Of a DNA stretch of 64,000 nt, positions 38,833 through 49,940 are shown in pieces (within the stretch, counting starts at the first letter, position 1; the number at the start of each line of letters is the position of its first letter). Under the pieces are notes generated by a model, which saw only the letters and a list, made by a program, of their open reading frames with translations, searched no databases and was not told where the DNA came from. A program made the position numbers and the translations under genes. Source of the DNA: a bacterium. Lineage in GTDB: Bacteria > UBA8248. The stretch covers positions 1,920,001 through 1,984,000 of the forward strand of contig OZ241875.1 in assembly GCA_965203325.1 (NCBI GenBank), given 5' to 3'.

Positions 38833-39992
38833 CGAAGCCCGCCATGAAAACGCTTTCGAACCGGATGGTGGCGAAACTCGAGGTCCACAAGGACAAGGTG
38901 TTCTGGGACAAGGAACTCACCGGCTTCGGCGTCCGTGTCTACCCCACGGGGAGCAAGGTGTATATCGCGCAGGCGCGGGGACCCGCGGGACCGAGACGGG
39001 TGACGGTAGGCCGCCACGGCGTGATCCATTCCGAGGAGGCGAGAAGACGCGCGGCGCTCCTCATCGCGCGGATCAAGGCGGGCGGGGAGGCGGTGCCCGT
39101 GAGATCCGCCGGCGGCCCCACCGTGGCCGAACTCGCCGGGCGCTACATGGCGGAACACGTCGAGGTGAGGTGCAAGCCGCGCACGGCCGCCGCGGTCCGG
39201 GCGGCGCTGCGGGCCCACATATTGCCCGCCCTGGGGAAGATACCGCTCGCATCGCTTGAGGGGGCGCAGGTGGCGGCGCTCCACCGGGGACTCCACGAGA
39301 CGCCGGCGGCGGCCAACGCGGCGCTGCGGGTACTTTCCTCGATGTTCGAGGCGGCAGGCGACTGGGGGCTTTTGCCCGAAGGAACGAACCCGTGCCGCTC
39401 CATCGTGAAATACCCCCTTCGCAGGCGGGAGCGGTTCCTCACGGAGGCGGAGTTCGAACGCCTGGGATGCGCGCTCGACGCGCTGGAGGCGGAGGGCGGC
39501 GCGTCCGCTTGCGCCGTGGCCGCCATCAGGCTCCTGATGCTGACCGGGTGCCGGAAGTCGGAGGTCCTCGGGCTGCGCTGGGAGGACGTGGCGCTCGGGG
39601 AATCGGAACTGAGGCTGGCGGACTCGAAGACGGGCGCGCGGGTGGTCTCGCTTCCGCCGGCGGCGGCCGGACTCCTGGCCGCTCTTCCGCGTCTTCCCGG
39701 GAATCCCTGGGTCTTCCCCGGCAGGAAGCCGGGCGCGCGCCTGAGCGGGCTCGATCACGCTTGGCGAAAGGTCCGGAAGCGGGCGGGGCTCGATGACGTG
39801 CGGGTCCACGACCTGCGTCACTCCTATGCCTCAAGAGCGCTGGCGCTGGGAGAAGGACTTTCCGTTATCGCGAAGCTGCTCGGCCACTCCCACATACAGA
39901 CCACGGCGCGCTACGCGCATCTCGCGCGCGATACGGTGCGCGAGGCAGCGGAGCGGATAGCGCAGAGCATCGCTGAAGACATACTAAACTAG
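38829..39992 (+). CDS. Tyrosine recombinase/integrase, no. 2
   Basis: FWDKELTGFGVRV, TGCRKSE, SKTG, HDLRH, LLGH, TARYAH; ATGA overlap with no. 1. Confidence 0.93.
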   Translation: MTKPAMKTLSNRMVAKLEVHKDKVFWDKELTGFGVRVYPTGSKVYIAQARGPAGPRRVTVGRHGVIHSEEARRRAALLIARIKAGGEAVPVRSAGGPTVAELAGRYMAEHVEVRCKPRTAAAVRAALRAHILPALGKIPLASLEGAQVAALHRGLHETPAAANAALRVLSSMFEAAGDWGLLPEGTNPCRSIVKYPLRRRERFLTEAEFERLGCALDALEAEGGASACAVAAIRLLMLTGCRKSEVLGLRWEDVALGESELRLADSKTGARVVSLPPAAAGLLAALPRLPGNPWVFPGRKPGARLSGLDHAWRKVRKRAGLDDVRVHDLRHSYASRALALGEGLSVIAKLLGHSHIQTTARYAHLARDTVREAAERIAQSIAEDILN

Positions 39993-40261
39993 GGTTGGAG
40001 ACAGGGTTGTGGCTCATGGCTTTGTCGCTCATGAAGCATTAACATTTTCGTGCTATTCGATTTCCTTGTTTCTGCCAATTCCCGCAAGGAGGGTGAACTC
40101 CAAACCCGCCGGTTGAGGTCTGGTGCCACAGCAAGGCCTTCAACTCGTCTTGCAGTACCATAATTGCGGTCGATATGTTCAGAAATAATCTATTGATGAT
40201 CCTAGAAAACAAAAGGGCGAAAACCAAAATTGCTCATAAATCGTCATCTTGCAGGCGGCTT

Positions 40262-41527
40262 CTAGGTATGATTTGAGCGGGCCTCCCCCAGCCGGAACTC
40301 CAAAACGAGCTTGATCATCGATAAGAATTCGGCGATGTTCTCGGCGCTAGGATCCATTTGATAAAGTGGGCACGAACGTTCATGATTGAGTTCGAAGCCG
40401 ACCTTACATGGTTTGGTAGTCTGCTCTAACCTGATGAATTGTTGAGGTTCGTCGCTGACCGGTGCACCTTCCTGCTCCAGTCTATCCCAATAATTAGCGA
40501 TTGAATACTCTTGCCTCGGTTGGTTTCTTGGTTCGCTCTCAAAGAAACGATGACAGTCAGCACTACACACCTCGGCCATTTCATTGGCGAGCTGGTCCAA
40601 GATCGGCATAAGCAGCATTTCGACGAGTTCGTCAGGCAGGGTTCTGCCATCACCCTCTACCACCAATTTCAATATTCGCTTAGCCACTTGCTCAGCGTCG
40701 AGAAACTGAAGTGTAGCCAATACGAGATACGCGAATGTACGGATGAGCGAAGACTCGTCGACTCCAAGATTTATTACCCGAAACCAGAGATAGCGTAAAT
40801 TGAGTAACCCTATTTCGAACGTATCGATTACTGCTTGCGATTCCGCTGCGCCAGCCCAAGGCCGCTGTTCGATGTTACCCTGTGCGAATTCATTAGCGAT
40901 CAATGCCATACGTTCCAACGGGCCGATTTCGAGGTTTTCTCGCTCAAACCAGACTTCACGCAACGTGTTGACCGGAATGTATTCGAGCCTATTCCAGAAA
41001 CGTTCTCGTAACGCTTCAAGCCGTCCAGATGTGCTCAAAGCCTCAGAAAACAGACGTAGCACTACGTCTGGATGGTGGCAAAGCAGACGTTCAAGCGTGA
41101 TGCGATCCCAGAGCCTAACTTTCGGCTGTGGGTGATTCGCCTGCCAAGTTTTCACCCAATCTCGCGTAGGGTTGGAGAAGGTAGTATTCGTCACAATTAC
41201 AATACAGGCAAGATTCCCCGATCCGGTTGCATTATTGAGCGTATTCTGAACCGCGCTGTTCTCCAGTGTGCCGCTTCGTCCTTTGCACTCGACCCACCAA
41301 CGCTGTGCCTCCATTTCTCCATCGGGAGAAGGCACATAGAAGGTAGCTTCCAAATCCCGACCACCGTCAGCCGCACCTCCGCCACTGCCACCTTTTCTCC
41401 ATTCCAGATCACGCGCGCCCATTGCGTCGAAAAGCCAATAGACACACTCTTCCAGATCGTGCGCCTTCAATTCTGAAAATGGGATTGATGTCGGCAGAAC
41501 CCAGGCAGGAGTTGTATCGCTCGTCAT
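40262..41527 (-). CDS. Mrr-like PD-(D/E)XK restriction endonuclease domain fused to an unknown C-terminal region
   Basis: LEECVYWLF..GAADGGRDL..WWVECK..IVTNTTFS..VRLWD. Confidence 0.7.
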   Translation of the reverse strand: MTSDTTPAWVLPTSIPFSELKAHDLEECVYWLFDAMGARDLEWRKGGSGGGAADGGRDLEATFYVPSPDGEMEAQRWWVECKGRSGTLENSAVQNTLNNATGSGNLACIVIVTNTTFSNPTRDWVKTWQANHPQPKVRLWDRITLERLLCHHPDVVLRLFSEALSTSGRLEALRERFWNRLEYIPVNTLREVWFERENLEIGPLERMALIANEFAQGNIEQRPWAGAAESQAVIDTFEIGLLNLRYLWFRVINLGVDESSLIRTFAYLVLATLQFLDAEQVAKRILKLVVEGDGRTLPDELVEMLLMPILDQLANEMAEVCSADCHRFFESEPRNQPRQEYSIANYWDRLEQEGAPVSDEPQQFIRLEQTTKPCKVGFELNHERSCPLYQMDPSAENIAEFLSMIKLVLEFRLGEARSNHT

Positions 41528-42344
41528 TTCACTAGCATCCTAATTCAAGTTGACCTCGTTTGTGCTTTGGCTTTTGATCTTGTGTAATTCGATTCCATTA
41601 GCCGAGTTTTACTGATTACTATTTACTGAGCCATGCAAACCCTCTCAGCCATCGGATACAAAATCACTCTACCGGCTTCAAAAAGGCTTATTTTGCCCGT
41701 TACATTATATTTACTGACTACATTCAACCACCTCACCCTGAATCTTTAGTTTCATTTCAATATCGAGAGTATAACTTGACTTGCACTGCAAGCCCGTAGT
41801 TGTGCCGTATTCGGTAGGTTTCCACATCGGACGCTCCATTGTCGCCAGCCGTTGAGTCCTTCGTCAAATCGGGTTCCCGTTCCATGTCCCTTCCAAACCG
41901 CGTTGTTTCACACTGAACCCAAAGTTTGGCGTGCCGATCTGTAGTGTCCCCGAGCCAACTCCAAACAACGCTCAGAACAGAACAGGGCATCGGCCTCGTA
42001 TCGCATCGCTTCTTTTTGGTCGAAGGACCTCGCAAGATCGGCACCTGCGGTTGGGAGGGAGGACGCCTCTTCGACTAGATTGGCAAGCATAGACAGTGCC
42101 TAGAAGTTCTCTACAATAAACTCGCTCATGGATCAATTGATCTCGATAAGCAGGGCTACACGGGAGAAGCCCCGTGCCCACAGCATAATATTCCCGTTGT
42201 CTAGGCTAGCGACTATTGCCGTGCCACTTCTGCCTGCTGTGAGCTCCCGGGCGTCCGAACGGGAACTCTACGCCGCTAGGAGAGCCGCAGGGCTTTGCGG
42301 TCGTTGCGGAGGGCTTGTATTCGCGGGGACGTCGGACAACTACC

Positions 42345-45300
42345 TTATTCTGGATGTAGTGCGAACCAATCATCCATCTCGGAAACTGTCGATACTTTGG
42401 CCATTTTCTCTGCGATGTACATGCTATAAGCGCGCTCGCATATCGCAATCCATTGACTACAATGGCTTTCACAATTAGCGAGAACAGCCTCTGCGAGGGT
42501 CTCAGGCACATTCCAATCGTGTGGGCGATGCACCGAAAACAGGATTGGGATGCTACTTGTTTTTGCGAGCTTGGACAAATGATTGACATAGTCCCAGTCA
42601 ACGTCTCGCGACGTAGAATGTATTAGCTCATAATCGGCAGCATGTCGAAGGATGCGCGGGTCGGTACCGACATAATCAGCAAAAACTCGTCGAGACAAAC
42701 GCTGTTGCATATTTACATCTTTAACTCGGTCAATCAGCACCAGCGCCATACGTGGCGATATTACGCCAGCTTCATCGAACCATGATTCGGTTAATCCTGG
42801 CCGACAAGAATGCGCCGCTTGTGCGATACAGGTGACTAAGGACCAGAGACGCGACCAACCCTTCTCGTCCAATGCATCAACCATCGGATTAATAGTCTGC
42901 TTAAGTTCTGTCAGTATCTCCGGCTTGCTCCAGGAAAGGAGTACTGCAAGGCAGAGAACAGCGCAATCGCCTGTCGTTTCGGCTAATTGGAGTCGCCACC
43001 ATGCAACGTCCCCTGCTTTTTGCCGAGCGAAGTGGAGCCGCTCCACCAACCCCTTGGTGGACGTGAATCCGTCGGAATGCCATATACACTCACTCTTCTT
43101 GGCTTTGACAGCTGTCGATAAGACAGCAATTTGCGTAAAGACTATACTGCCAGGCGCAATCTCAAACCCCTTATTGACAAGGGTGGACCATAGCGACAGC
43201 CGTGTCTGCCATTCCACGATATCGGTTTTTAAATGCTCAACGATAAACTGGGTGAGGGATACCAGTGGATCGGCATTGCCGTCTCCACTTTCGAACTTGC
43301 CTTGTTCGAATTGTTCCAAGTAGAGATGGCCAAAGCTAAACTCCAGAATGCGATGAACTGCAATGCCTTCAGGTGGAGCCGAAAACAATTCCGCCAGCGT
43401 GTGGATACGCAAGAGTTCTGTCAGCACTTCCAGGGGATTCATCGATTCGTCGCGTATAGGATGGCGACCAGGAAACACTATGTTGCCATCAAAAAAAGCG
43501 GTGCACGCCACATCATAAAGAATAGGGTCTCGTGTGATCGCTGCATAGTTATCCGTGTGAACGAGCCAGCGCTGTCGTAGATCGGTTTCGTCTTTTGTTA
43601 GAGTCTCGATTTCATTTATATCGAAATGGTCAACTACTCTGAAATCTAACGCCTCTTGTAAGGGGTCACATTTCATCAATCTGTTCTCAAAACGTTGCTT
43701 CCAGATCAATTTCAGCTTTTCCAAATCCGCGTTGTCAGCCATCACTTTGCGAAGGAAGCGCCGACGATCAGAATTCACCTCATTCTCCAGTTTAGTGACG
43801 CAGGCGTCGAACAAAATCTCACGCCCTGACGTTTCTGGTAGGCCCATACCAAGACTAGGTTGCGGTGTTACTAACGCAGTGAGCCTCTCAAATGCCGGCT
43901 CTTCGGTGACATAACCGATCAAGCGCTTCATCGCTCGGGGCGATTGTGCGAACACTTGATCGGCTAACAACATCATGGCCAGCCGACGCGGTTGATTGAT
44001 CAGACGATAGCCATCCTCTTGACCGAGATGGACGAGCCCATCCACCAACGAGCCCAATTCCCCGACATCATAAAATCCGCAAAAAAACCGCGTTACATTG
44101 GTCCAGTAGGGGCTACGCGCAAGAGCATCAAAACGGTCAGGACGTGTCCCTTTTTGCGCTTGGCCTGGCGGGGAATAGGGAGAGGTCTTGTACAAATGCC
44201 GTGCGGCAAAATATTCACGCAGTGGCTGCACTTCGAATTCAAATGTGCCTTCGACACGAGACACGAGCGCGCCAACTCGCTCAGACGTACCCGTCAGTAG
44301 TGTACCTGCGAGAGCAGGATTGTATTCCTCCGTCGTGAGAAAATCTCTAATCCGGGTATATAACGCATCCTTAGAAATGCTACCTGATCCCGACCCTTCC
44401 TCCGCTTGGGTTTGAAGCACCCAGGCCAACACGCCGTGTATGGACAGCAGAAGGTCACGGTGATCTCGTACAATCGTCGACTTCTCGGCTTCCCGATTAA
44501 AAAAGAGTTTCATATATTCTTCATAAAGAGTGGTTCGTTTTTCCGGCAACGCTGGGCCCTGTACATGGATGAGGTGTAGCAGTATGGCAAGTTGCATAGG
44601 GTTGCGGGCAAGGTCGCGAAGGTGAGGCTGCTGAAGCTTGTCTTCCAAGGTGGAAGACACCATGTTACGCTCTTGTTGGTTCAGCTGTTGTACATCAATC
44701 CATTTGTTTTTGTAGGCCTCAATGTGCCGGTGGCGCAAATCCTTTAGTTCCAGGTGTATCCAATCGTCTTCTGGAAATCCCGGCGAGTTTGCAAAAGCTG
44801 CAGGTCGGCTTGTAACAATGATTTGTAAAGAGCGTGCATGGATGTCTAGCCGCGCTGAAGCGCTGCAAATCTCTTCGACCAAGCGTGTCCTCGTGGCGAT
44901 GTCTGCTACCTCGTCAAAACCGTCGAGGACAATAACGCTGTGTGAACGCTCAAAAAATTGTAATAGGTCATCCTCGGTGATAGGGAGAGTGCCAGAGCCC
45001 CACGTCACTTGCATAGCAAGGAAGCTTTCTAGTGATCGCCGTCCCTCTTCGGGTACCCGTGCTTCATCGTTCATGGCAAACGGATGGCGGCCCGTCACCC
45101 AAGCCGCATAGTCGCGCAAATCCACCCGAAAAGGCGCTCGTAGCGGTCCATGTTTATGTTCGTCATCAACGTATCTGAGTTCATTCTCTTTGTTTAATAT
45201 CTTCAACCGATTTACTTGGCAGATGAACTGGGTGACGGTTGATTTTCCCTGACCCGGAGCGCCTTCAAGGACAAATCTCGACACACCGGCTATCAGAGGC

Positions 45301-46112
45301 ATCTGCAACAGAAATGCCCCTGCCAACCCGGAATGATAAAAAGGATGAACTGCCTCCAGATCGAAGTCTTCACTGCTTTCTAGCTGGCTCAGATAGGCGT
45401 CGATATCTTCCGGGGCAGCCAATCGGGGTCCACGTTGTCTGCGAACGCGGTCGTCTTGCGGATGCTTCTGTCCAAGTGGCAGATCAACAAACAATTCCGT
45501 TAGAGCTCGTTTTAAGTCGACCTGTTTAAATTTTATTTCGCGGTCACCCTCAAATTGGGTGGCCATATAGCTTTTTAGCGTGCGTGCCGATTGCAGATCA
45601 TCTTGATCGCCAACCTGCTTGAGCAGTATGGGTAAGAGGTCCGAGGCCCGAATAACATCGGGATAGCTCCATTTGACGTCTAGGGCATTGTCAAGGCGGG
45701 CGTCGAGGTCATCACGCCACCAGATCTGAGAATTGATACCAAAGGCCTTAGCCAAGGCTGTGTTCGCTTTGTCAATCGAGCCAACGTCAAGATGAGCAGT
45801 GCCTTGGACATTTGTGATTAAATAATAGTGCGTGGCCCCGCGCTCAATGAGCTGTTCGACTTTTCTCTTCTCTGACTTGATGGTGGACTCAACGACAGAT
45901 CTTTCATCCTTGTCCCCCGGATGGCGGGAGTACTTAACTTGAAAAACCACGAACCCAGCCTTGTCCGGTTCGGGATGGATGAAAAAAGCATCCCGGCCCC
46001 CATCAGGCTGACCCACTGGAAGACACTGCGTGCCTGGATGTTCGGCAAGGAGCAGCGCTTGCGCGAACTTCTGAAAACTCTGCTCATTAAGGGCTTCGTA
46101 ATTATACTTCAT
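42345..46112 (-). CDS. NACHT/STAND NTPase with N-terminal restriction-endonuclease-like domain (NLR-like defence candidate)
   Basis: GQPDGGRDAF..VFQVKYS; Walker A GAPGQGKST; Walker B VIVLDGFDEV; IVTSRP; LARNPMQL; FEFEVQPLREYFAA; ~550-aa C-terminal region. Confidence 0.85.
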   Translation of the reverse strand: MKYNYEALNEQSFQKFAQALLLAEHPGTQCLPVGQPDGGRDAFFIHPEPDKAGFVVFQVKYSRHPGDKDERSVVESTIKSEKRKVEQLIERGATHYYLITNVQGTAHLDVGSIDKANTALAKAFGINSQIWWRDDLDARLDNALDVKWSYPDVIRASDLLPILLKQVGDQDDLQSARTLKSYMATQFEGDREIKFKQVDLKRALTELFVDLPLGQKHPQDDRVRRQRGPRLAAPEDIDAYLSQLESSEDFDLEAVHPFYHSGLAGAFLLQMPLIAGVSRFVLEGAPGQGKSTVTQFICQVNRLKILNKENELRYVDDEHKHGPLRAPFRVDLRDYAAWVTGRHPFAMNDEARVPEEGRRSLESFLAMQVTWGSGTLPITEDDLLQFFERSHSVIVLDGFDEVADIATRTRLVEEICSASARLDIHARSLQIIVTSRPAAFANSPGFPEDDWIHLELKDLRHRHIEAYKNKWIDVQQLNQQERNMVSSTLEDKLQQPHLRDLARNPMQLAILLHLIHVQGPALPEKRTTLYEEYMKLFFNREAEKSTIVRDHRDLLLSIHGVLAWVLQTQAEEGSGSGSISKDALYTRIRDFLTTEEYNPALAGTLLTGTSERVGALVSRVEGTFEFEVQPLREYFAARHLYKTSPYSPPGQAQKGTRPDRFDALARSPYWTNVTRFFCGFYDVGELGSLVDGLVHLGQEDGYRLINQPRRLAMMLLADQVFAQSPRAMKRLIGYVTEEPAFERLTALVTPQPSLGMGLPETSGREILFDACVTKLENEVNSDRRRFLRKVMADNADLEKLKLIWKQRFENRLMKCDPLQEALDFRVVDHFDINEIETLTKDETDLRQRWLVHTDNYAAITRDPILYDVACTAFFDGNIVFPGRHPIRDESMNPLEVLTELLRIHTLAELFSAPPEGIAVHRILEFSFGHLYLEQFEQGKFESGDGNADPLVSLTQFIVEHLKTDIVEWQTRLSLWSTLVNKGFEIAPGSIVFTQIAVLSTAVKAKKSECIWHSDGFTSTKGLVERLHFARQKAGDVAWWRLQLAETTGDCAVLCLAVLLSWSKPEILTELKQTINPMVDALDEKGWSRLWSLVTCIAQAAHSCRPGLTESWFDEAGVISPRMALVLIDRVKDVNMQQRLSRRVFADYVGTDPRILRHAADYELIHSTSRDVDWDYVNHLSKLAKTSSIPILFSVHRPHDWNVPETLAEAVLANCESHCSQWIAICERAYSMYIAEKMAKVSTVSEMDDWFALHPE

Positions 46113-46694
46113 CTGACATTTCCCATTTGGCTCGTCTAATTCCGAATCTCACCAATGTAGCCGCCGAGTCTCACGCAACGCAGTTACAGAAAATCATCAA
46201 AGAAGTCGCTAGGAGCGACGCGATCAAGTAGTTGGTTCTCCTCAACGAATTCCAGTCAGTGATAACCCACTGATGGTCATGTGGCAAGGTTGGGAAGCGT
46301 GGTGTGCGCACAAAACGTGACCTTTCTCGAGCCGAAGCAGAGCGCGGACCATGCTTGTGCCCGATCAGTCCCGCCACGCCAGTAGTCCAGTGCGCAGCGA
46401 GGATTCCTCAACGGTCATGATGGGACACTAGCAGAGATGGGCTAGCTTTTGTGCCTGCGACGGACTTAGCCGCGGTGGCGTAGTTACTGACGTTTTCCGG
46501 TACAGGCATTGGGCATGTCAATGCTGTCGGATGATAGTCAAGACGTTCGGGGCTGGTAGGACCCTGACAGGTCTGGCAGCACAGCAGAGTGGCATCCATG
46601 GCAACACGTTGTTCTCGCCCTCGGCTGGACTGACCTGGTATTCGATGTCGCCGTTGGGAGGCAGTTCGCAGGCATGGACGATGGTGGCGTCGTG

Positions 46695-46860
46695 CGCCAG
46701 GCTCCAGTCGTCAAGGATCAGCACCTTGGCTCATGTGAGGTCCCGGTATAGATTCGGGATGCTGCCCTCACCATTGGCAATCCGCAAAACTCCATGAGCA
46801 GGTGTGACATGTGTAGAAAGAGGGCTTGGTAGGCCTCAAGACAGGTTTTGTGGGCGAGGG
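46695..46860 (-). pseudogene. istB: IS21 IstB ATPase fragment
   Basis: AHKTCLEAYQALF..(frameshift)..ANGEGSIPNLYRDLT*AKVLILDDWSLA. Confidence 0.6.
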
Positions 46861-46864
46861 TTAG

Positions 46865-47472
46865 TGGCTGGCGGGCGCTTCTACAGGAAGCGGAGGCGGT
46901 GGATATAGAGCCCTGCAGAAGTGTTGCCGTGCTGGTATTCGGGCATCGAGGCCGTGGATCTCGATCCGGAGGTTCACGACATCTGTCTGATCGGTATCTA
47001 CACCGGCATACGCCGGGGCGAGATCGTTTCGCTGGACCAAGAGCAGGTGGGCATGGAGCGGCACATCTTCAGGGTCGAAGAGACAAAGAGCGGGTAACAG
47101 TTGGAGCTTCCTATCACACGGCAACTCCCCGCCATCTTCGAGCGGCTCCTCGCGTATGGCGCGGAGTCTGCGGCGTGGCAGGACGGCTGGGTGTTTCCGT
47201 TCCTCAAGCAGCGGGGCCGGACATGTGGCGGAAATTGCGCGGTTCTATGTCGAAATCACCGATAAAGGTGGTACCCGGTTCTGGTTCCAAGGGCTGCACT
47301 ACGACTTCATCACGCTGGCGGAACGCGAACTCATGCTGCCGCGCTCGCTCAAGAAGCGGCTTGTAAACCATGCCCGGCCCGGCGACGTGACCGAGTGCTA
47401 CGCCACAGACTAGATGGAGGAGCAACTCCACGGGTCCGTCGACCGCATTGACGAATTGATGAAGGAAACATG
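46865..47472 (+). pseudogene. Degraded phage-type tyrosine integrase
   Basis: Across frames: IGIYTGIRRGEIVSL, EETKSG*, WVFP, FQGLHYDFITLAE, KRLVNH..DVTECY; contains stops and frameshifts. Confidence 0.7.
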
Positions 47473-47855
47473 ACGGCTATCGAAGGTTCGCGCCGGAGCG
47501 TTTCTCTCTCGTCTTCTGCCATCGCGTGTTCTCACTTTTTTGTCATATCCCAGCGCACCGGAGTGCAAGTGTGAGCGTACTTGGAACAATTCCGTAGGAT
47601 ATGAGCTATTAAAACCTGTTGCCGGCGACGTATTTTCGTATTACATACGCTTCAATGAATGCGATCGAATCCCGCACCGGGACCACCCCGGCCTGTCAAT
47701 CGAGACGCAGCATCGAGACCCGGCTTGCAAGCCGTCCGGCATCGTCGCCGGGGATCGGTTGGCCGAACGCGTCTCCACCCCACCCGGGAGAGGCCGGCAA
47801 GTGACTCCCCGAGGAAAATCACGACCATCCATCAAACACTGAAAGGGAGAATCGA

Positions 47856-49940
47856 ATGACCATCGGAAACGCCACACTGCGCGGCGGCCAGACCCTGCTC
47901 CACGACGCCAGGATGTGGGGCCAGCTCGCGCGCTGGGGAATTTTTGGACTCGTCCTGACTGTCGTCCTGACGCCTGCGGTCAGCGTCTTCACGACGACGA
48001 GCGCGCATGAGTGGCGCGTCGTGGGCCTGGGGACCCTCGCCGAGGCCAAGCTCGCCATCGGGTATTCCCCCGATTCGGGCCAGGTGTACGAGTGGGCCGC
48101 GGGTGAGCGGACGATCGAGCGGATCGAGCTCATCGCAAGCGATCCCCGGATCGAGCGGATCAGGAGGCGCATGCTCGATACCATCCATGCCAGAGCGTGG
48201 CTGGGGTTCTGGCTCGGCCTGGGCGGCGTGGCCCTGTTCGCGTTCTTCTTCTGGATTCTGGGCCGGCGCATGGCGAGGGCGCGCAGGGTGCGGGGCGCGG
48301 AGATGACCTCGGCTCAGGCGCTCGGGAGGCGCGTGCAGCCCGTTCTCTCCCGCCTGGCGGAAAAGTTCTTTCCGGCGGCGCGCAAGTCCAGACCCCGCAT
48401 CGCGGGCGTACCCTGGCCCGAGCGCGCCGAGACCCAGCACACCATCGTCTCGGGCACCACGGGTTCGGGGAAGACCGTCCTGATCTCGGACCTGGTCGCC
48501 CAGATCAGGGAGCGGGGGGAGCGCTGCATCCTCTACGACAAGATGGGGAGCTACACGCGGGCGTTCCACGACCCCGCCCGCGACGTCCTGATGAATCCCC
48601 TCGACGCCCGCGCGCCGCGGTGGTCCCCCTTCCTGGAAGCCAGGACGCCCAGGGACTTCGACACGATGGCGGCGGCCCTGATCCCACAGCAGAAGGACAC
48701 GGTGGACCCCTTCTGGGTCACGGCCGCGCGGCAGCTGTTCGCGAACGGCGCGGGCGTCCTCTGGAAGCGCGGCGTGACGGAGAACCGGATACTCGTCGAG
48801 CACCTGCTCAAGACCGAACTCACCTCCCTGGCCGAGGCCATGGAGGGCACGGTGGCGCAGTCCATCGTGGACCCCGAGAACCCCAAGACGGCGCTCTCGG
48901 TGCGCGCCATGCTGACGGCGCACCTGGGCGCGCTCGAATGCCTGCCCGACTCAGGGAAGCCCTTCTCGATACGGGAGTGGGTGGAGCGCGAGTACGAGAC
49001 GGGCTTCCTGTTCCTGACCTCGCGCGGGGACCAGCACGCGAGCCTCAGGGGCCTCATCTCGACCTGGCTCGAGATCGCCGTGAACGCGCTTCTCTCACTC
49101 GGCCGGGACGACGCGCGCCGGATATGGATTGTGCTCGACGAGCTTCCCACCCTCCACCAGGTCCCGAGCCTGCAGCCCGGACTCGCGGAGTCTCGCCAGT
49201 TCGGGGGGTGCTTCGTGCTCGGGATACAGGTGATCTCCGCCCTGCGCGATTTGTACGGGCGAAACGGCGCCGAGACCGTATCGGGTCTCTGCGGCACCCG
49301 GGTGGTGCTGGCCGCGCCCGATCAGGAGACGGCGCGCTGGTCGGCCGAGAGCCTGGGACGCGGCGAGGTCACAGAATACGCGGAGGGGCTCAGCTACGGC
49401 GCGAGCGCCATGCGCGACGGCGTATCGCTCACGCAGCGCCGCGAGATGCGGCCCCTGGCGCTGCCTTCGGAGATCATGCGCCTCGAGAATCTGCACGGCT
49501 ACCTCAAGTTCCCCGGTCCCTGGCCCGTGGCCCGCATCGAGCTCGACTACGTGAAGAGGCCCGGGGCGGCCGAGAGTTTCATCCCGAGGGAGAATTTGCC
49601 GGTCCTGGGAGCGAAAAGCGCCGAGATCGTACCCTCTCATACCGGGGAAACGCACGAGTCCGGGAAGGCGGCTGAGTCCGGGAAGGCGGCGAATCGGCAG
49701 GAACCCGAAACACCCGGCGATACGACCGCGAACGGCGAGGCGGAAGACGGGTGTGAACAACCCTCTCCGCCGCCGGACTCAGGTTTGGCAGGACCCGATC
49801 AGGCCCTCGAACCATCCGGGGCGCCGCAACCTGCGGTCCACTCCGCGGATGGGGATGACGCCGGTGCGGCCGGTAACGATGAGCAATACCGGGGCGAAGA
49901 CGGCGATGGGGCCGGGTCCCGCACGCCGGACTGGTTGTGA
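47856..49940 (+). CDS. traD: Type IV coupling protein (TraD/TrwB-like)
   Basis: Two N-terminal TMs, GTTGSGKT, YDKMGSY, DPFW, LDELPTL, ESRQFGG; acidic C-terminal tail. Confidence 0.9.
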   Translation: MTIGNATLRGGQTLLHDARMWGQLARWGIFGLVLTVVLTPAVSVFTTTSAHEWRVVGLGTLAEAKLAIGYSPDSGQVYEWAAGERTIERIELIASDPRIERIRRRMLDTIHARAWLGFWLGLGGVALFAFFFWILGRRMARARRVRGAEMTSAQALGRRVQPVLSRLAEKFFPAARKSRPRIAGVPWPERAETQHTIVSGTTGSGKTVLISDLVAQIRERGERCILYDKMGSYTRAFHDPARDVLMNPLDARAPRWSPFLEARTPRDFDTMAAALIPQQKDTVDPFWVTAARQLFANGAGVLWKRGVTENRILVEHLLKTELTSLAEAMEGTVAQSIVDPENPKTALSVRAMLTAHLGALECLPDSGKPFSIREWVEREYETGFLFLTSRGDQHASLRGLISTWLEIAVNALLSLGRDDARRIWIVLDELPTLHQVPSLQPGLAESRQFGGCFVLGIQVISALRDLYGRNGAETVSGLCGTRVVLAAPDQETARWSAESLGRGEVTEYAEGLSYGASAMRDGVSLTQRREMRPLALPSEIMRLENLHGYLKFPGPWPVARIELDYVKRPGAAESFIPRENLPVLGAKSAEIVPSHTGETHESGKAAESGKAANRQEPETPGDTTANGEAEDGCEQPSPPPDSGLAGPDQALEPSGAPQPAVHSADGDDAGAAGNDEQYRGEDGDGAGSRTPDWL

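Noticed and set aside
41757..42210. Possible gene between the two nuclease genes
   Set aside because: Only short stop-interrupted frames with no recognisable family.
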